From Heterodontus francisci (lineage: Eukaryota): a stretch of DNA of 64,000 bases. A program made the translations under genes and the position numbers. The stretch covers positions 39,132,124 to 39,196,123 of the forward strand of contig NC_090408.1 in assembly GCF_036365525.1 (NCBI RefSeq), in the 5' to 3' direction. Under the pieces are notes generated by a model that was given only the letters and a program-made list of their open reading frames with translations, was not told the DNA's origin and did not search any database. Shown piece by piece: positions 12,001-25,762 of this stretch. Each line of letters opens with the position of its first letter. The stretch's first letter is position 1.

Positions 12001-12414
12001 GATGCTGATCTAAAATGGCTGAGTTACAATTGGCTCACTGTTGCATTACTCTGCTCTCTCGTTTTGTAGTGCTTAAAATGCATGTATTGAATTTTTAGTA
12101 TTACTGTATACTGTCCTACCTGAGAACTGCTCATAGGAGAAGGTGCAGTGCCAACAGTAAGCAATTTGAACGCATTCATTTGGACTGGAACCAAATAGGG
12201 TTCCCCACCACATAAAACTTTCTGCCTTTTTCTCTCCTCCTCTCTCAAGAGTGCCGACTCATACTGGTGTATGATTCTATGGGCACTACCAGCCATCATA
12301 CAGACCAAAAGTAATCTTATTGCCATCCAAAATCCACACAGGGACACAGTCTCTGGATTGCAACGTGAACCTAGTAGAGATCAGTTGTAGCACTTTATAA
12401 GTACAAGTCCTTTT

Positions 12415-12945
12415 TAGGGAACACAGCAGGAGTAGGCTATTCAGCCCCTCGAGCCTGTTGCGCCTTTCAATTAGATCATGGCTGACTTGCACCTCAACTC
12501 CATTTACCCCCTTTTACCAATATCCCTTGATACCCTGACCTAACAAAATCTATTAATCTCAGTTTTGAAAATTTCTCTTGACGCGGCATCCACAGCCTTT
12601 TGGGGTAGACAGTTCCAGATTTCCACGGCAGTGTGTGAATACAATGTTACCAATTTCATTCCTATTTGGCCTAGTTCTAATGTTAAAGTTATACCTCCTT
12701 GTTCTGGATTCCAACACTAGAAGAAATAAATTTCTCAGAACTGTTTATCACTTAAAAACCTCGATTTGATCTCTTCTCAGTCTTCTAAATTCAAGGGAAT
12801 ACAAGCCACGTTTATTCAACCTATCCAATTATTCTGGCGAATGCACTGTAACCCCTCCAAGACCAGTATATTTTTTCCTGAGGTATGGTGCCCGAAACTG
12901 ATCACAATACTCCAGACTGTTTCTGACCAAGGCTCTGTGCAGCTT
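12415..12945 (-). mobile_element. Old CR1 3' fragment
   Basis: ggaacacagcaggagtaggctattcagcccctcgagcctg 3' tail; acaatactccag (LEYC) remnant. Confidence 0.72.
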
Positions 12946-15900
12946 TTAAAAGGGGCCATGACAATGCAACTGTGGCATTGCAATGGCTAAAACAGAACTT
13001 TAATGGCTATAATTACTGTCAGCTTGGCAATGTTTTCACCTCTGGATTAGAAGGTTGTGCATTTGTGCCTCACAGCAGGGTCTGAGAACATAACCCAGGC
13101 TAACATTTGAGTGCAATAATGAATGAATGCTGCATTGTTAGGTGGGTAAGATATTACACCAAGGCCCTGTCTCCCTATTCTAGTGGTTCAGGTGCACTAT
13201 TTTGGGAGCAAGGACTTATTCTGATGTTGCAGCCAACATTCCACCCATATCCAATACCACATGGCCATTCACACCATGTGGGATCTTTCTGGTGCGGGTT
13301 GATTGTTACATTTGCTTACAGCGGTCACTGCTCTTCTTAAAAATCCTTCATGCAAACATGAAAGGGACTAAATAAATGCAGATGCTCCTTAGTGAATTTA
13401 AAGCAGCAACCTAATGGCAGTATTGTTTCTGTGATTTAATATGTTACTTGAATCCCCCCTCCCAATTAGTTTATTGCCTTTTTTCAGCAATTCGAAGAGT
13501 GCTATTTACTATCCACAATGTTAAATGTATATTTTTTTAAATTGAGAAAAACTCAATTATCAATATTTGCAGTATTAGAAGCACAGAAAGAGTATTGCAC
13601 AATCTCCTTGTACAAGGGATCTCTGTTTGCATATTACTATACAAATGCTTCATTTTTTTGCCTTTCACTGTTAATGGAAAATGTTTTGTAAAATATTTGT
13701 TGCATCTATTGAACCCATCTGAGACAATTTCCTCTTATATCTAATGACCCATCACGCTTATGTGAAATGCAATTCGATGTGGCTTCAGCATGCATTAAGT
13801 GGAATTGAGAGCGGCATACAGACTCTGTGTCCACATGGTATTATCTGCTCACTCTTCCTTGAGAGGCTGCATCGCTCATTATCCAGACTTCAACCCCAGT
13901 TCCACAGAAAGGCTTAGGTCTGTTTAAAACTGAAGAGCCTTTTTTTTTAATAACATAATAGGGGCACATATGTTATGCTGGAACACATAAGCAGAAAATA
14001 ACTGTTTTAAATGCCTGGCACAGGACCCAGACGCTCTACTGTCTTGCACTCTCTTCTGTTCAGCTACATTTTCTTTTCTTAAATACCACATGGGGTCCAC
14101 TTCCTTCTTTTCTTTGGATTAATTACCCTTCTTCAAGCTAAGACCAATTATACTCAATAATTATACACATGTTATTGGGAAAAAAAGTGTCTGGATGCAA
14201 GTTTAAAAAAAAACAATATTTCTTTGTACCAATTTTGTCGCCTCCCACTAAGTAAGTTTCCATGGGTGCCCATTGTCCTTTGGTATCTGTCCCAAACTGA
14301 TTATTCTTCATGGGTGACAATGGAAACAATCAATAGGCAACCAGCCATGAAGGGCATCACAATTGAGCTTGATCCTATTCCTTATCCAACATTTGTTTGT
14401 CTATACATTTCATCAGCGGTCGTCAGACAGTGAATTGGGCTGGCCAGATTTTTCTCTCCCCTAACTCGGGTGCAGAGCACAATTGTCACCTGACCGAAGT
14501 CAGCTAACTCAATGCAGACTAGGAATCAAATCTGAGACCTTCTGGTTTGCGTGGCTCAGCCTTTATCTGCTGAGCCTGCATAGAGGCTTTTAAAAAAAAT
14601 TAAAGTTAGGTGCCTATCAAACAGCATAAACTGTCATCCATATTTGCCATATTAACAGGTTTATGAGGTGCAATTAATTAGGCACCATCATAGTCAAAAA
14701 CCTTGAATGTTTCCTACACAGCACTCTAATAAACCTGTCACTGTGATACAAGACAAAATTAGATAAAAAAAAGTGTCAGATCATTTTCACAGCATACATT
14801 ACAAAACTATTTTTTTCAGTTTTCTAGCCGCAGATTCCAATTATTTTGTACTGTAAACCTCTATAGGGTTTAGATTGAATGCATATTTCCCCCACCATCT
14901 TCCTTTGTCTAAAGAATCTTGTGTTACTTTTCATTGCCACACTTCTTTTATTACTTCTGCTGCACTTTACACTGCATTGCAGCCTTTCTGTCTCTCTTTC
15001 CTCCTTTCAAACCCTGCTTAAAGCCTACCTCTTTGACCAAGCTTTTGTTCACCTGTCCTAATATCTCTTTATGTGACTCGATGTCAAATTTTGTTGATAA
15101 AGGCTCTGTGAAGAACCTTGGGATGTTTTATTACCTTAAAAGGGCTATATAAATGCAAGTTGTAGTTTGGGTTGCAGAATTAGGTTCTTTTATTCCACAA
15201 GGGCTGGAAACTTTCAGAGCTTTCACTTGCAAGTGCATTTATCTGATAGAGTTATAAATGCTTATCCCTTCTGTATTCTTCAGATGGATGCAGTACAATT
15301 TCAGGCCCTGTTCCTCTGTCTTCCCAATACCTTTGGCACCCCTTCAGAATGAGTACTGTGTTTAATCCAACCAGTACTTATCATCACCAATGTGACAACA
15401 CTTACATCCTGAAGTTTAACAGAACAGTCCTACAAATTGCCAAAGGTCAACAGCTGAAAAAGGTGCAACTGCTTCCAGACTGTGAAATGTTCAGATTTAG
15501 AATATAAAAAAGGTACTCGGATAGCATGACTCAGAAGAGTTGGCTTACAAAGCAATTAGTTTACACAAAACTCTTATTTAAATAGTAAAATACTGCAATG
15601 AAACAGTGCACAGAAAGAGCGAGCAGTGGGGAGCAGCAGCAAAATGTTACATTAAATTCCTGGAGCTTCAGGTATTGCTTGATGGGATATAGAATCATTT
15701 CAGGCTGTGCAATTTCTTGTATTACAGAAAACAGCGTAACTTGCCTTGCACTACAATGCATTGCCAGATGAAAATTACACTTACACTGGGCCACACGATA
15801 ATAATGACAAGAAAATAAAAGTGAATTCCCAAACTAGTAAGCAGAGATTAGAAATACTCCCCAAAATATTACATTTTTTCACAACTTGTGTCATGAAATA

Positions 15901-18599
15901 TTTTTTTCTCTCCCTGCGTCAGGCACTAACTGCAGTCAAAATTGCTAATGGGTACCTGATCGTAGGCCTTTGGCACTGATACTCTAAGCTAGGTGGTAGG
16001 AAGTGCATAAGAACAGCCCAAGAATTAATTTTCCATCTGATTTCCTTCACCATTGCAACCCAGATGAGCTTAAGAACAATTTAAGGGAGGAGGGAAAGGG
16101 AAATATCCCACTTTGGCTGTAGTCCAACAAACTGCACCACCCATTCAGATAAATCATGTTTTTCGGTCATATTGGTCCAAGATCTCTAGGTCTTTGTGTT
16201 TTACATTGCATCTCATGAACAACGAACCTACTTTATTTTTGTAAGCTAAACTCTTTTTATTACAAATTGTTCTTTGGTTATGAAATGGTGGTAGCAATAA
16301 CATTCATAGAATTTAGCCAGCTTGGATTTGTATACATGATAGATTGTGGCACCAAGTGAGCTTTACAGAGTGTTAGGGGTTATGGGCAACACTGAGGACT
16401 GACTCCAGATAAACACATTGTCTAATAAAGAGTGTCACCCAGAACGTGAACCCATCACTGAGGGATCAGCTGTGGTTTTCACTATTTTCCTGTTTTTCTT
16501 TTAATTCCTATATACTTGTAGAGTCTAGCTGCGCAGATTTATTTGCTACTGCAATGTACTTAACTGCGTAAAACATTTAAAAATCTTGGTTTTAATTGGT
16601 GCTGTTTAGCATATGCTCAGTATTTGCATTCATGCTTTCAAAGTTTCTGGAAAGATTCAATCCCTGAAAGTGCCAGTAAAAATCCTATCTTGCAAACTGT
16701 TCCTCAGACAAGATCCTGCATATCTTTGGCAAAGTTTCAGATGGATGTAGGAGATGCCATGGCACTATTGATGAAAGAGCATCATTCCAATTTTAGCCAA
16801 TGTTCCTCCCTAAGTTTAACACCAGCAAAAAACAGATTAACTGGTCATTCACCTCTTTGCTGTCTGTGACATCTTGCCATGTGTAAAACTACTATTGTAT
16901 TGACTACATAACAACAGTCATTGCACTTCAAAGTCATCAATGGTATGTGGTGTGCTTTGAGTTTGTGCTGAGGGAACTGATAAAGTGCTATATAAAAGCA
17001 GCTTTTCTAAACTGTGATGGGGAGGTTACAATGCAGTAGATGCAACCGTTAATATATACGCATATGTGAAATTTAACAAGAATACAGAAAATGGTGGAAA
17101 TGTACAGCATTTTGGCTATCATCTGATAAAGGGTAATCTTTCGGGCATGACCCTCCAATGGAACAATGGCAATCCTGTTCATAAGGTTGTCAAAAACCAA
17201 AAAGGTAAAAGCATTGTCTGGCTGACCTCTGAAAGGTTACCCTGCAGCAGCCTCCTTTACACTTTTCTTACTATTTCATGATAGTCAGCAACAGCACTGT
17301 CATTCTTGCTCAATGTGGATATTTATGAGAATTGTTACATAGAGTTTTACAATATGCTTCCTTACTACAGTATTCACGTTGTGCTATGAAAGGCGTGCTA
17401 TGCTAGCAAATGCTTTCATCTGCAGAAGCCGTTGCCAGCTTACGCTTTCAAACATTTAGACATAGATGTGGAAGAAGATTCATTTATTTTTTTTTTTTAC
17501 TGTTCCTTTCTTAATACAGCATATTTTAGAACATTCCACCCTGCAGGGAAGGACCCCTATGGCTCCACCATATTGAAGTGTGCGCCTGATGATATTTTAT
17601 AGGACAAGCTTACAAGATCAGACCTGATTACACATCTGAAGATGCAGACACTCTTTTTAAAATTAAAGCATAAAATACATATTTATTTCTCTGAAATAAC
17701 AGATAATCTGAACTCTCAATTGTCGAAAACATAAACCGATTCAAGAGGTGCAATATACAACAATCTTGGCCAGACATATTCTGTCGTTTCATTTCAGCAC
17801 TTTACTTGCACTGTGGTGTCAATGTTAATAGTCTGAATTTCTCACCATGATAGTCAGAGGGCCCAATGATGTACCTGCACGGTCTACAGGTGTGTCAAAA
17901 ATTTAGTAAGGAGAATGTGTTATTTTCTTAATCTGGTGGTGTAGCAGTTAAGATGCTCATTTCACATTATTGTAGGTTGGTGCCTCAGGGGCTTGTCTGA
18001 TAATTGAATTCACCAGGGAAACAGATGATCAGTTTTATCAGCTCTCAGCTTGGCTGCTTGGTGGGGCACCCTGTGGAGGCAGAGAGACCTGGGGGGATAA
18101 GGGGGAGGGGGTGGGGGTGGGGTTAAAACTGAAAGGAAACTTGCTTTCTTACTGTGCAGCAGACATGCCTTCTGCTGGCTCAATGTGGTGTAGCACAGTG
18201 CAGTGAGTCCGTCTATTGCTGCATTTCTGTGACTTGGATACACCCGTAGGAAGTCTCAACTCCAGTGGTATTGCTGTGCTGTAAAGGTAGCAGTGTTAGT
18301 GCCTATCACAGCCAATCACCTCAAAAGGTGGTCTCTCTCCCCACTGTTGAACGCCAAGGTTGACATTTTGTTCTGCCCATGAGTGGGATCAACTCTTCGC
18401 CTGCCTGGCCATGCCAGCAAACCTCTTCCTGTATTGCTGTCCCCTTTCCTCCAACCAGGGGAAATATTTCCTTTGTGCATTATTGTAGCAAAACCCTAAG
18501 CACATTTTTAAAGAACACGTTCATGCTTTTGTGCACAGAGAAAACATTTTGACCCTAAAAAGGAGCAAGCAGGACTTGGAAGCAATTGTATACTTGCAA

Positions 18600-18790
18600 G
18601 AAAACTCAAAATGCTGGAAATACGAAGCATAGCTGGCAGCATCTATGGAGAGAGAAACAGAGTTAACAGATTCACAGATCTGAAAAGTTTGTTTTTCTCT
18701 CCATAGATGCTGCGAGACCTGCTGAGTATTTCCAGCATTTTCTGTTTTTATTTTAGATTATTAGCATCTGCAGTATTTTGCTTCTGCATG
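18600..18790. repeat. Palindromic Penelope-derived repeat (long hairpin)
   Basis: aaaatgctggaaatac...gcagcatctatggagagagaaac, followed by its reverse complement ttctctccatagatgctgc...gtatttccagcatttt. Confidence 0.8.
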
Positions 18791-19004
18791 GTTGCAAATT
18801 GTATGGGAGCAGCTGTTTCAGTAGTGCAACCACTGATCTGAAATCTGGAGTTGCAATGTAAATGGGGGGAATTCCAGAACACCAGCATCATTAGTGTGCT
18901 GGGCAACCTCCTCCATACGCTATAACATACACCCACTATAGTTGAACGAGAATAACCGAAAACCAGGGACCTTAGGAGGATGGAAGAGTGATGGATGTGT
19001 TTCT

Positions 19005-20975
19005 AGGAACATAGGAGCAGCAGTAGGCCATTCAGCCCGTCGAGCCTGCTCTGCCATTCATTTGGATCATGGCTGATCATCTGCCTCAACGCCACTTTCC
19101 CACATTATCCTCATATCCCTTAATGTCATTTGCATCTAGATATCTATCGACTTCTGTCTTGATCATGCTCAATGATTGAGCTTCCACAGCCCTCAGGGGT
19201 AAAGAATTCCAAAGATTTATCAGCCTCAGTGAAGAAATTCCTCCTCATCTCAGTCTTAAATGGACTACTCCTTATTCTGAGACTATGTCCCCTGGTTCTA
19301 GGCTCGCCAGCCAGGGGAAACATCCTATCTACATCCACTCTGTCACACCCTGTAAGAATTTTGTAAGTTTCAATGAGATCACCTCGCATTCTTCGAAACT
19401 CTAGAGAATACAGGCCCAGTTACCTCAATCTCTCCTCCTAAGGATTAGTCTGGTGAACCTCCATTGCACACCCTCTATGGCAAGTATATCCTTCCTTCGA
19501 TGAGGGGACCAAAACTGTCCACGATACTCCAGGTGCGGTCTCACTAAGCCTCTATACAATTGAAGCAAGACTACTTTACTCCTGTACTCAAAACCCCTTG
19601 TGATGAAGGCTAACATTTGCCTTCCTAATTGCCTGCTGTACCTGCATGCTAGCTTTCAGTGACTCATGAACAAGGACACCTAAGTCCCTTAGGACATCAA
19701 CACTTCCCAATCTCTCACCATTTAAGAAATACTCTGTATTTATGTTTTTTCTACCAAAGTGGATAACTTCACACTTACTCATATTATATTCCATCTGCCA
19801 TGTTCTTGCCCATTCACTTAGCCTGTCCAAGTCCCCTTGAAGCCTCCTTGCATCCTCCTCACAATTTACATTCCCACCTAGTTTTGTGTCATCAGAAAAT
19901 TTGGAAATATAGCATTTGGACCCACATCTGTCTGTCTAATTCTCAATCCATAGCAGTATATTACCCCAATCCCATGGGCTCTAATTTTGTTTACTAACCT
20001 CCTGCGTGGGACCTTATCAAAAGTCTTCTGAAAATCCAAAAACACCACATCCACTGGTTCCCCTTTATCTATGCTACAAGTAACATCCTCAAAAACACTC
20101 CAACAGGTTTGTTAAACATGATTTGCCTTTCATAAATCCATGTTGACTCTGCCCAAACATATCATTATTTTCTAAGTGTCTCGTTATCACGCCCTTTATA
20201 ATAGATTCTAACATTTTCCCTACTACTGACGTCAAACTAACAGGTCTGTAGTTCCCTGTTTTCTCTCTCCCTCCCTTCTTAAATACAGGGGTTACATTTG
20301 CTACTTTCGTCTGCAGGAACCTTTCCAGAATCTATAGAATTTCGAAAGATAACCACCAATGTATCCACTATCTCTATAGCCACCTCCTTCAACACTCTGG
20401 GATGTGGCTCATCTGGTCCAGGGGATTTATCAACCTGCAATCCAGTTCATTTGTTGAGTGCTACCTCTTTATTAATACGAATTTCTTTCAGTTCCTCATT
20501 TTCACAAGTCCCTTGGTTCCCTTGTATTGCTGGGTGATTTTCTGTATCTTCCTCAGTGAAGACAGACACAAAGTAATTGGTTAATTTCTCTGCCATTTCC
20601 CTATTCTCCACTATAAATTCTCCTGTCTCCACCTGCAATGGACCCACATTTGTCTTTGCTAATCTTTTCCTTTTCACGTACCTAAAGAAGCTTTTATAGT
20701 CCACCTTTGTTTCTCGCTAGTTTGCATTCATATTCTCTTTTCCCCTTCTTTATCAGTTTCTTGGTCATCCTTTGCTGGATCTAAATTGCTCCCATTCCTC
20801 GGGCTTACCGCTTTTTCTGGTAACCTTATAAATCAACCTTCATTTGACCTAATGCAATCTTTAACTTCTTTTGTTAGCCACAGTTGATTCATCTTTCCTG
20901 TTGGGTTTTTATGTCTTAGAGAAATGTATATTTGTTGCAGACCATGTATTACTTCTTTAAAGACTCGCTAATGTT
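19005..20975 (-). mobile_element. CR1 LINE (ORF2 fragment with internal deletions, through the 3' end)
   Basis: KSFFRYVKRKR, LTNYFVSVFT, WARTWQMEYN, LVRPHLEY, MRGDLIETYKIL; CR1 tail at 19005-19060. Confidence 0.9.
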
Positions 20976-22439
20976 ACTGGTACTACATCAATATACCTGA
21001 GAAAAGTTGTTCACAAGATAGATACAGGTGAGGGAGGGCACTTACCCCAGCTTAGCTCATCCATCTTGAAGTAGTGCTTACCATAGTGTTTGGCATATTA
21101 TATACTTCACTAAGGTCCCTTCTCAATTTTAAGGCTAAAGAGTACTAGCTTCTCCAGTCTTTCCTCATAACTCAATTTCTTGACACTAGGGATCAGCTAG
21201 TCTAAACTGCCTCCTTGGCTTGAATGTTTCCCTTATGTCTTCAAATATACCGATGAATTGCAATTGCATTTTTGATAAAAACACAGCAACATATCATGTG
21301 ATTGTGAAGGTATCCAAATATTCCCATGAAAGACATTCTCTGACAGATATTTTGCTTTTAGATGTGCAGTAAGTGGTCAAAGAATAAAGTGCACAAAGAA
21401 ATGAGAGTCAGCAACTAGAGACAAAAATACATGTGTGATAGACAAAGTGAGCAAGAAAGGCCTTACTAAACACTTGTTCACAATTAGTCTCACAGGAACA
21501 AACACATTACCCCCTCAATATGTTTCAAAGTGCATAGATGGTAAGGGTAATTCCAAGATCCTATGCTCCCAGGAAGGACTGTTAGTCAGAGAAAAGGCTA
21601 CAACATTGTACCCTTGATTTTCTGACCCATTCACCTTACAAGGGCAGCTTCGCACTAGGAGATCAGATTTGCTCCTAATATCTCCATTGACTGAAACATG
21701 TACTGAAATGAATCGCAAAATTCCAGATTTTATACTCAATTCAGCATCAATATGTTCAGAGATGTTCATAAACTCTTCATGAGATAATTGCGTCAGGTTT
21801 ACCTTTGGTTAAGTTTTGCTATCATACTAAAACCTATTTCATTCATCAGCTTTTAAATACATAATTTTAAAATAAAATATGACGACTTAAGAGAACAGTA
21901 TAAATTGCTTGGGGAGTCTCAAATTACAACTATATTTAGCCGCAATTAGTTGAAACTGAAAAGGAATCCTTCCTTCATCCTCCAATTTATCTGTTCCAAT
22001 CCTTCTTCATCTATCAACATCTACATCCATATCAGTCCACGTCCAATGACATTGCTTACAGAAAAAAACAAAATATTTGTTGGTTATCTTCTTGTAATTG
22101 TATCTGTGATTCCCTGGTATTGTCTAATTGTTCCCGTCTGGTGGTCTCTAGTTTAATAGTTTATATAATGTAATTTTCATATTTTAATAAATAAGTAGTC
22201 AAAGGTGTGATTAAATAATTTGAATCCTGCAGAATATTAATTGCAATGAAGCGAAACAGTAAAATTAATTATGAAAAGCTCAAGGGTAGTGAGCAATTGG
22301 GCAGACTATTTTCTTCAACCTCTTGTGGCATTGCTCGTCAGATGGTACACTGTTTTATAATAATAGGGATGTTACCCAATAAAGTATGAAGCGGATAGTG
22401 TTACAGGAAGTAAGTCATAAACTTGCAGGAAGTGGGCAT

Positions 22440-23930
22440 TATTAAGAAATAAATAGCAGGACATTTAGAAAAACATAATGCAATCAAACAGAGTCAACAT
22501 GGTTTTATGAAAGGGAAATCATATTTGACAAATTTGTTAGAGTTCTTTGAAGATATAACAAGCAGAGTGGATAAAGGGGAACCAGTAGATGTAGTGTATT
22601 TGGATTTTCAGAAGGCGTTTGATAAGGTGCCACATAAAAGGTTATTGCACAAAATAAGAGCTCAGGGTATTGGGAGTAATGTGTTGGCATGGATGGAGGA
22701 CTGGCTAACACACAGAAGGCAGAGAGTCAGGATCAATAGGTCTTTTTCAGGTTGGAAAGCCGTAACTAGTGGGGTGCCACAAGGATCGGTCCTAGGGCCT
22801 CAACTATTTACTATCTATATTAATGACTTGGAGGAAGGGACAGTGTGTAGTGTATCCAAATTTGCTGACGATACAAAAATAGATGGGAAGGCATGTTGTG
22901 ATGAGGACACAAAGAATCTGCAAAGGGATATAGATAGGTTATGTGAGTGGGCAAAAACTTGGCAGATGGTGTTCAATGTGGGAAAATGTGATGTAATCCA
23001 CTTTGGTAGGAAGAATAAAAAGGCAGATTATTATTTAGATGGAGAAAGACTACAAAATACTGCAGTACAGAGGGATCTGGGTGTTCTTGTGCATGAAACA
23101 CAAAAGGTTAGCTTGCAGGCGCAGCAAGTAATTAGGAAGGCAAATGGAATTTTGGCCTTTATTGCTAAGGGGTTAAAGTTTAGAAATAGGGAATAAAAGC
23201 AAAATACTGCGGATGCTGGAAATCTGAAACAAAAACAAGAAATGCTGGATTCACTCAGCAGGTCTGGCAGCATCTGTGGAAAGAGAAGCAGAGTTAACGT
23301 TTCGGGTCAGTGACCCTTCTTTGGAATAGGGAAGTCTTGTTACACTGTACGTGTGTTGGTGAGGCCACATCTGGAATACTGCGTCCAGTTTTGGTCCCCG
23401 TATTTAAAGAAGGATATACTAGCATTGGAGGCAGTTCAGAAAAGGTTCACTAGGCTGATTCCTGGGATGAAGGCATTGTCTCATCAAGAACTGCTAAATA
23501 GGTTAGGCCTTTATTCAGTGGAGTTTAGAAGAATGAGAGGTGATCTGATAGAAACATATAAGATTTTAAGTGGGCTTGACAGGGTAGATGTTGAGAAGAT
23601 GTTTCCACTAGTGGGGGGATCTCAAACAAGGGGACATAGTTACAGAATAAGGGGGCACACATTTAAAACTGAGATGCGAAGGAATTTCTTCTCTGAGGGT
23701 GGTGAATCTCTGGAATTCTCTGCCTCAGAGAGTTGTGGAGGCTAGGTCACTAAATGTACTTAAGGAGGAGGTAGATAGATTTTTGAAATCTCGGGGAGTC
23801 CAGGGTTAGGCAGAGCAGGCCCGAAAGAGGAGTTGAGGCCTGGGACAGATCAGCCATGATCTTATTGAATGGCAGGGGAGGCTTGAGGGGCTGAATGGTC
23901 TACTCCTACTCCTATTTCTTATGTTCTTAT
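22440..23930 (+). mobile_element. CR1 LINE (RT domain to 3' end), interrupted at 23194-23324
   Basis: QHGFMKGKSYLTNL, YLDFQKAFDKVPH, GVPQGSVLGP, KFADDTK, VRPHLEYCVQFWSP; tail ttcttatgttcttat. Confidence 0.93.
23194..23324 (-). mobile_element. Penelope-derived short element inserted in CR1 with a 9-bp TSD
   Basis: TSD aatagggaa at 23185-23193 and 23325-23333; removing the insert restores the CR1 sequence. Contains agggtcactgacccGAAACGTTAAC on the minus strand. Confidence 0.85.
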
Positions 23931-24879
23931 ATGAAAGACTTTTAATATATCATACATAGGGATCTGAAGTCCTCGTTCTTGCTCTCAGTGCTGAGTAACA
24001 GCAAGCAGTTTTGTGGGTATTTTTTATTCTGGTGCACATTAATGCTGGAGAATTTTAATTTAGAAAAAGTGGGACAGTAAACAGAAAGACAAAAAAACAA
24101 AACTCTGGATGGCAAGTTGCTTGGAGGCTATTTTCTTTCAAGTATTTGGAAGTAGCAAATAGCCCAGTTACTGATTTCTCTTCTAATTTTTTTCAATCTT
24201 GGTGATATCCTGCACTATAGACCCTGGTTTCTTCACTTAGGGTTTTGAATGAAAACAATTATAGCCAATGAGTGACATAACGACCTATTCGCTAGTAAAA
24301 TAGGGCTGTGAAGGAGAATGATAGCACAGAATAAGGTTATGTAGCGTGAAGGAGCCACACATGCAGGTTACGTGGAAATATTTGTGCCCTTGAATATCAC
24401 TACCTGCTAAAAACATCATCACTGAATGCAAACGAACATCAAATAGCTACTCCGGGTTTTGTAATTGAATGAATGTAGTAAATAATAGTCTCCTTTGCCT
24501 TAGGAAACCAGGCGGACTTTTGCTGAAGTCTGTTAACTTTTCTTTCATTAAAATTCTTACAATTTCAGAGGCAGAATTGAAACTTTGCTTCATATAATCA
24601 CAAACAATCCAGTTTATATAGTGCAAATTACTCTAGGGCCTTCTTTAAGCTCTTGTACTACAGTGAAACCAGAGCGTAGTTTTTAACAATTAACTAATGC
24701 CATACAATCAAATTTAAGAGACAGTTTCTGGGACCAAGCATCTAAATCAGCAATGTTGAGCCATAATGGGAGGAAGAAATCTTGAACAGATAGATTTTCT
24801 ACATCAGAAGAATGGGCTGAGGAGATTTGGGAGTACAATGCTAAAGAGAGTCAAAGCACCCATCTTAAGGAGCACCTTC

Positions 24880-25065
24880 TATGAAGAGAGGAACAGAGGA
24901 AATGTTTCAGGTTGATGACCTGACATCAGTCCTCGTGAAAAGTCATCAACCTAAAACGTTAACTTGGTTTCTCTCTTCACAGATGCTGCCAGACCTGCTC
25001 AGTGTTTCCAGCATTGTCGGTTCTTATTTCAGATTTCCACCATCCATGATATTTTGCTTTTGTAT
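24880..25065. repeat. Palindromic Penelope-derived repeat, decayed
   Basis: gtttcaggttgatgac...gtcatcaacctaaaacgttaac, followed by the family body. Confidence 0.7.
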
Positions 25066-25404
25066 TCAAGAATATCTTGCTCTTTGAAAAGGTAACATGC
25101 AGGGGAGGGGAAGCGCACCCTTCCTGATATGAAAGTTAAGTTTCTGCATTTAGAAATGTGCAGGTTAACCAAGGAGAGAGCAAGCACAGATTTGTTAAAG
25201 GCAAATCACTTTGACAGATCTAGCAGCTGTTTGTTGAAGAAGTGATGGATTCAATAGGTAAAGTGAATGCAGGAGGTGTGTATATGGATTTTCAGGAGGC
25301 TGGTGACAAAAATTCAGAAATATGGTCTGAGGAACTTTAGCAGCATGGATAGAACATTTCTTGATACAGGAAACAAAGGATTACTTTAATGGATGTTGCT
25401 CAGA

Positions 25405-25762
25405 ATCTACAAGATGCACTGCAGCAATGCACCAAGGCTACTCAGACAGCACCTTCCAAACCCACGACCTCTACCAACTAGAAGGACAAGGGCAGCAAAT
25501 GCATGGGAACACCACCACCTGCAAGTTCCCCTCCAAGTCACATACCATCCTGACTTGGAACTATATCGCCGTTCCTTCACTGTCGCTGGGTCAAAATCCT
25601 GGGGGAACTCCCTTCCTAACAGCACTGTGGGTCTACCTACCCAAATGGGCTGCGGTGGTTCAAGAAGGCAGCTCACCACCACCTTCTCAAGGGCAATTAG
25701 GGATGGGCAATAAATGCTGGCATAGCCAGTGACGCCCACATCCCATGAATGAATAAAAAAAT
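25405..25762 (+). mobile_element. 3' end of the same LINE family as 7063-7999
   Basis: IYKMHCSNAPRLLRQHLPNPRPLP...HHHLQVPLQVT frame and tail match 7075-7420 closely. Confidence 0.88.

Noticed and set aside
21515-22156. Coding-looking minus-strand stretches (MNISEHIDAEL..., KLETTRREQLDNTRESQ...)
   Set aside because: Interrupted by stops, no recognisable homology, and not needed for the IQCH reading frame (exons 25995 and 4607 join in phase).
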